From Bacteroidota bacterium (GTDB lineage Bacteria > Bacteroidota > Bacteroidia > Bacteroidales > F082): 41,715 nt of DNA. Below the pieces are notes generated by a model that was not told the DNA's origin, made no database searches, and saw only the letters and a program-made list of their open reading frames with translations. The number at the start of each line of letters is the position of its first letter. Position 1 is the first letter of the stretch. The position numbers and the translations under genes are program-made. The DNA lies in the NCBI GenBank assembly GCA_003650425.1, contig QMPP01000001.1, forward strand, positions 1-41,715, written 5' to 3'. Shown piece after piece: positions 27,593 through 36,213 of this stretch.

Positions 27593-29152
27593 TTAGTAAA
27601 AAATAACACGGTTGCTTTTTACTATAAACGGCCTCTCGTCATCAAACCATTTAGCCGATTTTTTCTGAGAGAGAATGTATAGTGTGAAAGGTTTTAGCAT
27701 TGCACTAACAGTTCCTCTGTAGCCGGAATCAAACCTCCTAATAGTTTTCCATTGGTTGTTTTCCCATTGATACAGAAAGTATATTTGGTGCGGCTGAAGT
27801 AAGTGGTGAGGCGTTGACCGGGTTAAAGTGAGGCTCTTTTTCGGTATGGTAGTTTGCCCTGTAAGCACCTTCACTTTTCCGTCTTTTTGAAGTAAAAATG
27901 GTAATCCTGCCGGCAGGGTTTTCTCTTTCCTGATAATCATCGGAAGATAAAGGATATTGACACCCATCTTTGAAAAGTGAGTCTGTCGTTGTTTTTTTGA
28001 TTGGCTCCATTGAACAGGCTGCCACGACCCGTTATTAAAAACAGCAAGGTAGGCGTATCGGGCAGTATCGGTAAGCGCCACCGTGATGTTGGCAGTTGGT
28101 ACATATTCGTCGGTTACATCGTCGTAGTTAAACTGACCAAGAAAAGCCGGCGTGTGTTCACTCATTTTCTTAATTCTGAATAATGAGCTGGAATCATCAG
28201 TGTATTTTCGCCTATAAACCTTACTTAGTTTACCCGGAGCCGTGAGGTTGTCAGAAGAAATGCCGGGGTAGAAAACAGGAATGAACTGCTGAGGCGACAC
28301 CAGTACCACGGGCCAAAAATAACCCCCTGAAGTGTCAGCAAAATAGGGACTGTAGTCCATGGTAGAGGCTATGCCAAAACTTCTGAATGCTTTTACTTCG
28401 TAAATGGCCAGGTCGCGAAAGTTTCCCCTGTGGGCAGTGGTAATTTCGTCAAGGGTAGGGAAGTTGTAATGTAACTCGTAACGTTTGTCGTAGCTAATAT
28501 CGTTTACTACCAACTGATGTATTCTGCTGATAAGTGATACAAGATTAACATGAGAATGGTGTAGGATGCTGAATATTTTAACTCCGTATCTTGTCCTTAA
28601 AAATTTACGGAAGGGCTCGGCTTTTTCGTTGGCTACACGATAGGGAAGGATATATTGGCAGAAGTTGTTGAACGAATAGATGTTTTGATTGTAAATGGAA
28701 TTTTCCCAACTATCAATGGCCGTGTCAATATTGGAAGTCAGTAGTTGCGAGCTGACAGATTTTATATCCAGCAGGATGGTGTCGTGCTCAACCTTTAAAT
28801 GACCTCTTTTTTCTTTCAACAGCCGAAGATGTTTTTTCAGCGTATGGTAATTGGGATAGTCATTAATGGGAAAGGAATAGACTTTTCCGGTGGAGTCGGT
28901 TATTTTGTAGGTAATTTCGTAATGGCTGCCCATGTTGGCGATAAGATAATAGAGCGCTTTTAGCTTTAGCGAATCGCCGGGCGCTTCATAAGACACCATC
29001 GTGTTTAAAAATGCCACTTTATGGATGCCGGACAGATTGATGACTCTTCGGATGGGTTTGGGAATCCCGGTTTTTTTTGATTTTAAACAGCCAACGTTGA
29101 TAAGCGTTATCAGCAGCAGAAACAATAGATAATATGGTTTTTTCTTGGACAC
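27593..29152 (-). CDS. Transglutaminase-like lipoprotein, probably catalytically inactive
   Basis: Start set at GTG 29152 (MSKKKPYYLLFLLLITLINVGC is a lipoprotein signal). Family motifs recalled from Bacteroidota transglutaminase-domain lipoproteins: LKALYYLIANMGSHY and FCQYILPYRVANEKAEPFR. The core is GNFRDLAIYEVKAFRSFGIAS...GGYFWPVV, where the catalytic Cys and His positions read F and Y. The 85-codon extension in the ORF track overlaps the DUF5063 gene and looks spurious. Confidence 0.55.
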   Translation of the reverse strand: MSKKKPYYLLFLLLITLINVGCLKSKKTGIPKPIRRVINLSGIHKVAFLNTMVSYEAPGDSLKLKALYYLIANMGSHYEITYKITDSTGKVYSFPINDYPNYHTLKKHLRLLKEKRGHLKVEHDTILLDIKSVSSQLLTSNIDTAIDSWENSIYNQNIYSFNNFCQYILPYRVANEKAEPFRKFLRTRYGVKIFSILHHSHVNLVSLISRIHQLVVNDISYDKRYELHYNFPTLDEITTAHRGNFRDLAIYEVKAFRSFGIASTMDYSPYFADTSGGYFWPVVLVSPQQFIPVFYPGISSDNLTAPGKLSKVYRRKYTDDSSSLFRIKKMSEHTPAFLGQFNYDDVTDEYVPTANITVALTDTARYAYLAVFNNGSWQPVQWSQSKKQRQTHFSKMGVNILYLPMIIRKEKTLPAGLPFLLQKDGKVKVLTGQTTIPKKSLTLTRSTPHHLLQPHQIYFLYQWENNQWKTIRRFDSGYRGTVSAMLKPFTLYILSQKKSAKWFDDERPFIVKSNRVIFY

Positions 29153-29159
29153 CTTGTTA

Positions 29160-29167
29160 CAAAGATA
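29160..29167 (-). promoter_or_regulatory. Possible -7 promoter box for the transglutaminase-like gene
   Basis: Plus strand CAAAGATA equals minus strand TATCTTTG, only 8 nt upstream of the proposed GTG start. That would make a leaderless or near-leaderless mRNA. Confidence 0.35.
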
Positions 29168-29228
29168 GAACAAATTCTTAGTATTCCTGTTGGAATGTGT
29201 CGCACTTTTAGTACTCCATCTCCGGTTA

Positions 29229-29783
29229 CTAGTAATCCAACGTTTGTTCAAAAGGTGGCGGGTCGCCGACGTTTTCGTACAGGAAGTAGTGAATTTTTGG
29301 AATGAGGTTGCCAATGCTGAAGCCCCAGTGGGTTTTGAATAACAGGCTACATTCGGCCGTGGCGTTTTGCCGGCTGGCGTGTGTGTTTTTTTTAAATAGA
29401 AGAACAAAGTCTTTCATATCCTGATAGATGTCGGCAATGTTCTCAGCCATGCTGGCTTTTGCCGGTTCGTTTTCGTTGAGCAGGTCAGTATTGATAATCC
29501 AGTATTCGTCATCATTTCCAAACTTATCGCGTAGCATGGTGAAAATATTTTCCCACTGCTCCTGTGTAACAAATCGCTCGTTAGCTTCAGGGTATTCAAC
29601 TTCCACCTTTGGCAGGAAGGTTCCTTTCAGATATAACAGCGGAAGTATCCTGTGCATAAACTCCATAATACCTTTGGTTGAGTTGGCTTCGCAGGTTTCA
29701 AGATAATTACAAAACTCCTGCGCAATGGTAACGGTTTCCAACACGGGTTTGGTCAGGGTGATATCTTCGGGTACGTTTGTCAT
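29229..29783 (-). CDS. DUF5063-like cytoplasmic protein
   Basis: 184 aa with no signal peptide. Motifs VTIAQEFCNYLE, ILPLLYLKG and ENIADIYQDMKDF match my recollection of DUF5063. Confidence 0.55.
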   Translation of the reverse strand: MTNVPEDITLTKPVLETVTIAQEFCNYLETCEANSTKGIMEFMHRILPLLYLKGTFLPKVEVEYPEANERFVTQEQWENIFTMLRDKFGNDDEYWIINTDLLNENEPAKASMAENIADIYQDMKDFVLLFKKNTHASRQNATAECSLLFKTHWGFSIGNLIPKIHYFLYENVGDPPPFEQTLDY

Positions 29784-29805
29784 GATAATTTTATTAACGT
29801 TATGT

Positions 29806-29832
29806 TATCTCACGGTTGCAAACCGTGAGATA
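29806..29832. repeat. REP-like hairpin H1 (12-bp perfect stem, GCA loop)
   Basis: TATCTCACGGTT-GCA-AACCGTGAGATA, located 23 nt upstream of the DUF5063 ATG. Confidence 0.8.
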
Positions 29833-29850
29833 AAGTCTTAAAGTTATAAA

Positions 29851-29866
29851 TCGTAACCTAAATCAG
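29851..29866. repeat. Inverted copy of the 20-bp tandem unit
   Basis: TCGTAACCTAAATCAG is the exact reverse complement of CTGATTTAGGTTACGA at 29999-30014 and 30019-30034. Confidence 0.85.
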
Positions 29867-29993
29867 GTCATTGATATTTTTCACCGGCAAAATTAGTCAT
29901 TATCAATTAACCAAATAATATTTATCACAATTTGATGGTTGTGCTTCCAGGAGTTTAGGTTGCAGCTTACAATGATTTAGTTTGCTGCTTTTA

Positions 29994-30053
29994 AAAAACT
30001 GATTTAGGTTACGAAAAACTGATTTAGGTTACGAAAAATTGATTTAGGTTACG
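29994..30053. repeat. Three head-to-tail 20-bp direct repeats (iteron-like)
   Basis: AAAAACTGATTTAGGTTACG appears twice, then AAAAATTGATTTAGGTTACG. Degenerate copies lie at 29953-29962 and 29974-29984. Confidence 0.9.
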
Positions 30054-30070
30054 GTTTGCAACCGTAACCT
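30046..30070. repeat. REP-like hairpin H2 (11-bp stem, opposite orientation)
   Basis: AGGTTACGGTT-TGC-AACCGTAACCT. The centre GTTTGCAAC is the reverse complement of the GTTGCAAAC centre of H1, H3 and H4. Confidence 0.8.
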
Positions 30071-30111
30071 GATGTATATAATTGACAGTTTATAAATTGT
30101 CGGCGTTGAAA

Positions 30112-30138
30112 TAGCTCACGGTTGCAAACCGTGAGCTA
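30112..30138. repeat. REP-like hairpin H3 (12-bp perfect stem)
   Basis: TAGCTCACGGTT-GCA-AACCGTGAGCTA. Confidence 0.8.
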
Positions 30139-30164
30139 AATCGTAGAAGGTAGAAGTTGAAATT

Positions 30165-30187
30165 GCTCATTGTTGCAAACCGTGAGC
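30165..30187. repeat. REP-like hairpin H4 (degenerate copy of H3)
   Basis: GCTCATTGTT-GCA-AACCGTGAGC has one mismatch and one G:T pair. It is part of a ~51-bp tandem duplication (30105-30140 vs 30156-30191, 33/36 identical). Confidence 0.65.
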
Positions 30188-30264
30188 TAAAATCAATAAA
30201 GTTATACCGCGAGCTAAAAAGTAATGGTTAAAGCAAAATAAGAGAACTGCAATAGAAGACTTCT

Positions 30265-32001
30265 TTAGAGTTTCAAATCTTTAACAATGGCTTCCATTTT
30301 ATTTTCCAGCTCCAAACCAACTTTGTCGAAATCTTTTTTGTTTTTCAATTTACTTTTTACACCAAAATAGAATTTGATTTTGGGTTCGGTTCCCGATGGC
30401 CTTACACTCACTTTGCTTCCGTCTTCAGTAAAAAACTGTAACACGTTCGATTTGGGCAGGTCAATAGGGGTTTCTTCGCCGGTTTTAATATTCTTCGAAA
30501 TCGAGCTTTGATAATCTTTAATATTAACAACTTCCGAACCGGCCAGCGATTGGGGAGGGTTGACTCTGAAATCGGCCATCATCTGCTGAATTTCTTCGGC
30601 ACCTGATTTCCCTTTTCTGACAACCGAGACCAGTTTTTCTTTATAAAAACCAAATTCCTGATAGATATCTTTTAACAGATCCATCATGCCTTTACCCTGG
30701 TCGGTAACCCAGGCAAAAGCCTCTGCAATCATCGAGCAGGCAATTACTGCATCTTTATCTCTTACAAAATCGCCAACGAGATAACCGTAGCTCTCTTCGC
30801 CACCACCAATAAAGGTTTTTTGGCCTTCAAAATGTTTGATAATGTCGGCAATGTATTTAAAACCGGTGAGAACATCGTAATACTCAACTTCGTTTTTACG
30901 TGCCATGTCGGCCAGCAACTCAGTGGTAACAATGGTTTTAACAATAAATTCTTTACCTGTTAGCTTGTTATTTTCTTTCCACTTGGTAAGGAGGTAATAT
31001 ATTAGGAGTGTTGCCGTTTGGTTTCCATTCATCAACCGGAAATCATCACCGTTACGAATGGCAATACCTACGCGATCCCCATCGGGGTCAGTAGCCATCA
31101 CCAAGTCAGCATTAATTTCTTTTGCTTGTTTGATGGCCATCTCCAGTGCTGCCGATTCTTCAGGATTGGGCGATTTTACCGTGGGGAAGTTCCCATCGGC
31201 AACGGCTTGCTCCGGTACGATGTGTACTTGTTCAAATCCAAAGTTTTTTAACGATTTAGGAACCAGTGTGATGCCGGTACCATGAAGCGGGGTGTAAATA
31301 ATCTTTAAATCTTTTTGCCGTTTGATAACTTCGGGCGACAGGGAGAGGCTTTTAATTTTTTCGAGATAGATGGTGTCAATTTCTTCACCGATTTTCTCAA
31401 TCAGATTGTTATTTCCTTCAAATTTGACATCGTCGATACTACTGATTTTATTAACCTCGGCAATCACGTTTTTATCGTGAGGGCTGATAAGCTGGCCGCC
31501 ATCGTCCCAATAGGCTTTGTACCCGTTGTATTCTTTGGGGTTGTGTGAAGCAGTAATCACAATGCCGCCCTGGCATCCCAACTGTCTGATGGCAAAGGAG
31601 AGTTCGGGTGTAGGTCGCAAATCTTCAAACAAAAACACTTTAATGCCGTTGGCCGAAAACACGTCGGCAGTAATCTCGGCAAAATAACGGCTGTTGTTTC
31701 TTGAATCGTGGGCGATGGCTACCGAAATCTGATCTCTATCGGGAAAATTGCTTTTCAGATAATTGGCAAAACCCTGGGTGGCGCTTCCTACCGTATACTT
31801 GTTCATCCTGTTGGATCCTACACCCATGATGCCGCGTAACCCACCGGTACCAAATTCAAGATCCTGATAAAACGATTCAATAAGCTCATCAGGATTGTTA
31901 TCCATCATCTCTTTGATGGCTTTTTTTGTCTCTTCATCATAATTGCCATCAAGCCAAACGCGGGCTTTTTGTAATATTTGGGGGTCAACGGTAGTGCTCA
32001 T
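30265..32001 (-). CDS. Phosphoglucomutase/phosphomannomutase-family phosphosugar mutase
   Basis: Active-site loop ITASHNPKEYNGYK, metal site ATDPDGDR and GGEESYG. 578 aa. Confidence 0.9.
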   Translation of the reverse strand: MSTTVDPQILQKARVWLDGNYDEETKKAIKEMMDNNPDELIESFYQDLEFGTGGLRGIMGVGSNRMNKYTVGSATQGFANYLKSNFPDRDQISVAIAHDSRNNSRYFAEITADVFSANGIKVFLFEDLRPTPELSFAIRQLGCQGGIVITASHNPKEYNGYKAYWDDGGQLISPHDKNVIAEVNKISSIDDVKFEGNNNLIEKIGEEIDTIYLEKIKSLSLSPEVIKRQKDLKIIYTPLHGTGITLVPKSLKNFGFEQVHIVPEQAVADGNFPTVKSPNPEESAALEMAIKQAKEINADLVMATDPDGDRVGIAIRNGDDFRLMNGNQTATLLIYYLLTKWKENNKLTGKEFIVKTIVTTELLADMARKNEVEYYDVLTGFKYIADIIKHFEGQKTFIGGGEESYGYLVGDFVRDKDAVIACSMIAEAFAWVTDQGKGMMDLLKDIYQEFGFYKEKLVSVVRKGKSGAEEIQQMMADFRVNPPQSLAGSEVVNIKDYQSSISKNIKTGEETPIDLPKSNVLQFFTEDGSKVSVRPSGTEPKIKFYFGVKSKLKNKKDFDKVGLELENKMEAIVKDLKL

Positions 32002-32018
32002 AATAATTTAATCTTTTA

Positions 32019-32879
32019 TTAAATAAGTTTATTAATTACAATTTTTAAGCTATCGAGCCAGTAAGGAATTTCAATGGCGAAATCACTTTTTATTTTGGCT
32101 TTGTTAAGCACGCTGTAAAAAGGGCGGTTTGCTTTAGCTAGAAAATCTTTTGATTCAATGGGGTTTACTTTGCAATTAAGGTTGGCTTCCTGCATGATAG
32201 TTTTGGCAAAATCGTACCAGCTGATGGCTCCTTCGTTGCTAAAGTGATAAATTTCGTTGATGTTGGAGTTGTCGTGCTTGACAATAATTTCCAACAAAGC
32301 GCTGGCTAAGTCTCCGGCATAAGTTGGGGTACCAATTTGATCAACCACAACGCCGAGTTGCTCTTTTTCTTTACCCAGCCGGATCATTGTTTTAACAAAA
32401 TTGTTCCCATACGTCGAATAGAGCCATGAAGTTCGAACAATAACCGCCTTGTTGCAAAAAGCAAAAACAGCTTCTTCGCCCCTCAGCTTGGTGAGGCCGT
32501 AATACGAATCAGGCGAGGGTGGATCCGTTTCGGTATAAGGCTTGAAGTTTCTTCCGTCAAAAACATAGTCGGTGGAGATGTGTATTAAAAAAGCACCATG
32601 TACCGAGCTTACCTGACTCAGAATTTTAACTGCTTCAGAATTTACCAGTAGGGAAAGCTCTCGTTCGTCCTCGGCTTTGTCAACAGCAGTATAGGCCGCG
32701 CAGTTAATACAAGCATCAATTTTATTTAGTTTAAAAAAATGCTCAACAGCATTGCGGTTGGTTAAATCTAGTTCTTCAATATCGGTAAAAAAGAAGTTAA
32801 GCTGCGGGTATTGTTCGGCACGATCTTTTATTTCCGATCCCAGTTGTCCGTTACTTCCTGTAATTAATATGTTTTTCAT
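32019..32879 (-). CDS. rfbD: dTDP-4-dehydrorhamnose reductase
   Basis: [13 protein letters not shown] Rossmann motif, STDYVFDG, and YGLTKLRGE (YxxxK). 286 aa. Confidence 0.8.
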   Translation of the reverse strand: MKNILITGSNGQLGSEIKDRAEQYPQLNFFFTDIEELDLTNRNAVEHFFKLNKIDACINCAAYTAVDKAEDERELSLLVNSEAVKILSQVSSVHGAFLIHISTDYVFDGRNFKPYTETDPPSPDSYYGLTKLRGEEAVFAFCNKAVIVRTSWLYSTYGNNFVKTMIRLGKEKEQLGVVVDQIGTPTYAGDLASALLEIIVKHDNSNINEIYHFSNEGAISWYDFAKTIMQEANLNCKVNPIESKDFLAKANRPFYSVLNKAKIKSDFAIEIPYWLDSLKIVINKLI

Positions 32880-33817
32880 CCTTCTTTTAGCAGATTATCA
32901 AAATAGGCAATGGTTTTAGTCAGACCCTCTTCCAGTTTTACAACAGGTTCCCAGTTGAGTTTTTCTTTGGCCAGCGTAATGTCGGGCTTGCGTTGCATGG
33001 GGTCATCTTTTGGCAGGGGCTGGAAGATGATTTTTGATTTACTGCCGGTGAGGTCAATCACTTTTTTGGCCAGTTCAAGAATGGTGAATTCTCCCGGATT
33101 ACCTACATTTACAGGGCCTAAAAAATCATCACAGGTTGCCATCATAGCCAGCATTCCGTTAATTAAATCGTCAACATATTGAAAGCTTCGTGTTTGGTTT
33201 CCTTCACCGTAAACGGTGATGTCTTCTCCTTTTAAGGCTTGTACAATAAAGTTGGAAACCACCCTGCCATCGTGGGGATGCATGCGCGGACCATAGGTGT
33301 TGAAAATTCTGATAAGTTTGATTTTTACATTATTTTGTTCATGATAACTCATGAACAAAGTTTCGGCTACCCGTTTTCCTTCGTCGTAACATGACCGAAT
33401 ACCGATGGGGTTAACATGACCCCAGTAGTCTTCTGTTTGCGGGTGCACTTTAGGGTCGCCATACACTTCGCTGGTAGAGGCTTGTAGTATTTTGGCGTTG
33501 ATTCGTTTGGCCAGCCCCAGCATGTTAATGGCTCCCATTACCGATGTTTTAACCGTTTTGATGGGGTTGTATTGGTAATGTATGGGAGAAGCAGGACAGG
33601 CGAGATTAAAAATCTCATCGACTTCGATAAAGAAGGGTTGGGTAACATCGTGACGAACTACTTCAAAGTAGTGATTATCCATCAAGTGAATAATATTTTT
33701 TTTATTTCCTGTGAAGTAGTTGTCGAGTGAAATTACCTCGTTACCATCTTTTAAAAGTCGCTCGCAAAGGTGGGATCCAACAAAGCCGGCACCACCAGTA
33801 ACCAAAATACGTTTCAT
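32876..33817 (-). CDS. UDP-glucuronate decarboxylase (UDP-xylose synthase)
   Basis: [43 protein letters not shown] and YDEGKR. 313 aa. Overlaps the rfbD start by 4 nt. Confidence 0.85.
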   Translation of the reverse strand: MKRILVTGGAGFVGSHLCERLLKDGNEVISLDNYFTGNKKNIIHLMDNHYFEVVRHDVTQPFFIEVDEIFNLACPASPIHYQYNPIKTVKTSVMGAINMLGLAKRINAKILQASTSEVYGDPKVHPQTEDYWGHVNPIGIRSCYDEGKRVAETLFMSYHEQNNVKIKLIRIFNTYGPRMHPHDGRVVSNFIVQALKGEDITVYGEGNQTRSFQYVDDLINGMLAMMATCDDFLGPVNVGNPGEFTILELAKKVIDLTGSKSKIIFQPLPKDDPMQRKPDITLAKEKLNWEPVVKLEEGLTKTIAYFDNLLKEG

Positions 33818-33829
33818 AATTATATGTTT

Positions 33830-35155
33830 TTAAAGTTTATCGCCTACACCAATACCAAAGTATTTAAACCCATTGTTTTTTAGCTCTTCAACGTCGTAAA
33901 TATTACGGCCATCGAAAATTACATGCTTATTAAGAAGTTTTTTTACTACCGGGAAGTTTAGCACTTTAAACTCGGGCCATTCGGTTACCACAAAAAGGGC
34001 ATCAGCATCCACGATGGCATCATACTTATCGTTGGCGTATTCAATTTTATCACCAAGAACACGCTTGGTTTCTTCCATGGCAACAGGGTCGTAGGCTTTT
34101 ACTTTAGCACCTTCGGCAAGAAGTTTCTCAATAATAACCAATGAAGGAGCTTCTCGCATATCGTCGGTTTGAGGTTTAAAAGCCAGTCCCCAAATACCGA
34201 AGGTTTTTCCTTTTAAACTTCCGCCGAAATACTTTTTAGCTTTGGCATATAAAACCGATTTCTGACGTTGGTTAACGTCTTCTACGGCTTTTAAAACCGC
34301 CATATCGTAACCAAAATGCTCAGCTGTTTTTACGAGTGCTTTTACATCTTTTGGAAAACAAGAACCCCCATAACCAGTTCCGGGATAGATAAAATATTGT
34401 CCTATCCTTCTATCGGAGCCAATACCTTTTCTAACGGCGTTGACATCGGCACCCACAATTTCACAAAGGTTGGCGATGTCATTCATAAAACTGATTTTGG
34501 TAGCCAGCATGGAGTTGGCAGCGTATTTTGTCATTTCCGAAGAAACAATATCCATAAAAATTACGGGGTGGCCATTCATGGTAAACGGTTTGTAGAGTTT
34601 TTCCATGAGTTTTTTGGCTCTGTCAGAATCAGTTCCTACAACAATTCGGTCGGGTTTTAAAAAGTCGTTTACGGCAGCACCCTCTTTAAGAAATTCAGGG
34701 TTGGAAGCCACATCGAAAGGAATATCGGTACCGCGTTTGTCAAGTTCTTCTTGTAGTGCTGTTCTTACTTTTTCGGCAGTACCTACGGGTACAGTACTTT
34801 TAGTTACCATCAGTACGTAATCGGTGGCATGCCGACCCACTTCGCGGGCAACTTCCAGTACATATTGTAAGTCGGCACTTCCATCTTCATCGGGGGGGGT
34901 GCCCACAGCGCCAAAAACAATGTTGACACCGTTAAGCGACTCAGATAGCTTAGTGCTAAAGTGAAGTCTGCCGTTTTCCGTGTTTCTTTTTACTAAATCT
35001 TCTAGTCCTGGTTCCCAGATAGGAAGAATTCCTTTGTTGAGGTTTTCTATTTTTTTTACATCAATATCAACACAGGTAACGTCAATTCCTACTTCAGAAA
35101 AGCATGCTCCTGTAACAAGGCCAACATATCCGGTTCCTACAATGGTTATTTTCAT
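33830..35155 (-). CDS. ugd: UDP-glucose 6-dehydrogenase
   Basis: [24 protein letters not shown] (catalytic Cys), and [15 protein letters not shown]. 441 aa. Confidence 0.92.
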   Translation of the reverse strand: MKITIVGTGYVGLVTGACFSEVGIDVTCVDIDVKKIENLNKGILPIWEPGLEDLVKRNTENGRLHFSTKLSESLNGVNIVFGAVGTPPDEDGSADLQYVLEVAREVGRHATDYVLMVTKSTVPVGTAEKVRTALQEELDKRGTDIPFDVASNPEFLKEGAAVNDFLKPDRIVVGTDSDRAKKLMEKLYKPFTMNGHPVIFMDIVSSEMTKYAANSMLATKISFMNDIANLCEIVGADVNAVRKGIGSDRRIGQYFIYPGTGYGGSCFPKDVKALVKTAEHFGYDMAVLKAVEDVNQRQKSVLYAKAKKYFGGSLKGKTFGIWGLAFKPQTDDMREAPSLVIIEKLLAEGAKVKAYDPVAMEETKRVLGDKIEYANDKYDAIVDADALFVVTEWPEFKVLNFPVVKKLLNKHVIFDGRNIYDVEELKNNGFKYFGIGVGDKL

Positions 35156-35229
35156 AATTTAAATTTTAAGTTGTGGTTTGTGTTTTTAATTGTTTCATTG
35201 CTTTTATAAAAAACGAACGAATAAAGATA

Positions 35230-36204
35230 CTAAATTTTTAATGTGATGCTCAAACCCAGCGATTCTTTTATTTGAACCATGGGTTTACTAGAAATAACCA
35301 CTTTTTTTCCTTCATCATTGATTCCGTATTTGGTGGTTTTCGATTCATCGTCGTATTTAAGATGGAAATAAAAAACAGTTGAGAAGAGTTTATTAATGGT
35401 AAATATAAACCGGTTATCCCAATCTACATCAATATTCCAGCGGTTGTATTTGTTTGGGTCGATGTAGTTATTGTGCAGGTTTAAGGTAGTGTTTAGGTTG
35501 ATGTTTTTCATGATGTTGTATTTCCAGGAAGTAACCAGGTTGAGGCCTAACTCACCCTTTGCATTTTTTCCGGGTACCAAAATGTTACCGGCTGAATCGG
35601 TTACCGCTTTGGTAACGCCAAAGGAGCCTTTGTCAGCTAGCCCCTGGTTTTCCACGAAAATAAATTTGCCGGATACCGGGCTGACAAAAATTTGAAACTC
35701 TTTGATAGGGCTGTAGTTTATTCCCATCGAAAGGGTTAAATATCCGGGAGCCATAAAATCGGATATCAGCGTTGAATCATCAGGGTATTTATAACCGGGA
35801 GCAAACTGGCTTTTAAAAGTTACCAGGCCGGTAAAGGTCCATTTTTTGTTAATCACCCTGCCGAGGGTCATCAGTAAATCAATTTTGTCATCGGTTTTTT
35901 CAACCCGTTTGTCCATGTATCCAACCAATCCGTAAGCGAGTCTGGCCTGATGGTGAAATTTAAATTTATTTTTTTTATAACTGACAGAATAATCGGCACC
36001 CATTTTACCCGATAGCGAGTTCTCGCCACCTGCCGCCCAGTTAACAAAACCTATTTGGTTTAAGCCTGTGTAAAAAAGTCCGGTAAAGGTGAGGGCTTTT
36101 ACCGTGTCGTTTTTTGCAGGAATGGTGTCGGCACTATTTGCAAGCAGGGTATTGATAAACGATGAAAATAAAATAATAAAAACTAAGGAGAATTTATTTT
36201 TCAT
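35230..36204 (-). CDS. DUF3078-like outer-membrane protein
   Basis: Signal peptide. VNWAAGGENSLSG motif and an alternating beta-strand pattern, as I recall for DUF3078. Confidence 0.55.
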   Translation of the reverse strand: MKNKFSLVFIILFSSFINTLLANSADTIPAKNDTVKALTFTGLFYTGLNQIGFVNWAAGGENSLSGKMGADYSVSYKKNKFKFHHQARLAYGLVGYMDKRVEKTDDKIDLLMTLGRVINKKWTFTGLVTFKSQFAPGYKYPDDSTLISDFMAPGYLTLSMGINYSPIKEFQIFVSPVSGKFIFVENQGLADKGSFGVTKAVTDSAGNILVPGKNAKGELGLNLVTSWKYNIMKNINLNTTLNLHNNYIDPNKYNRWNIDVDWDNRFIFTINKLFSTVFYFHLKYDDESKTTKYGINDEGKKVVISSKPMVQIKESLGLSITLKI

Positions 36205-36213
36205 AATTCATGT

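Noticed and set aside
29153-29407. An 85-codon N-terminal extension of the transglutaminase-like ORF (MFFYLKKTHTPAGKTPRPN...).
   Set aside because: It overlaps the 3' end of the DUF5063 gene in another frame, is basic and low in complexity, and precedes a perfectly good lipoprotein signal peptide that starts at GTG 29152.
29994-30053. Possible CRISPR array, because of the regularly spaced direct repeats.
   Set aside because: The 20-bp units are contiguous with no unique spacers between them. There are only three copies, and no cas genes or leader are present. This is a tandem repeat, not a CRISPR array.
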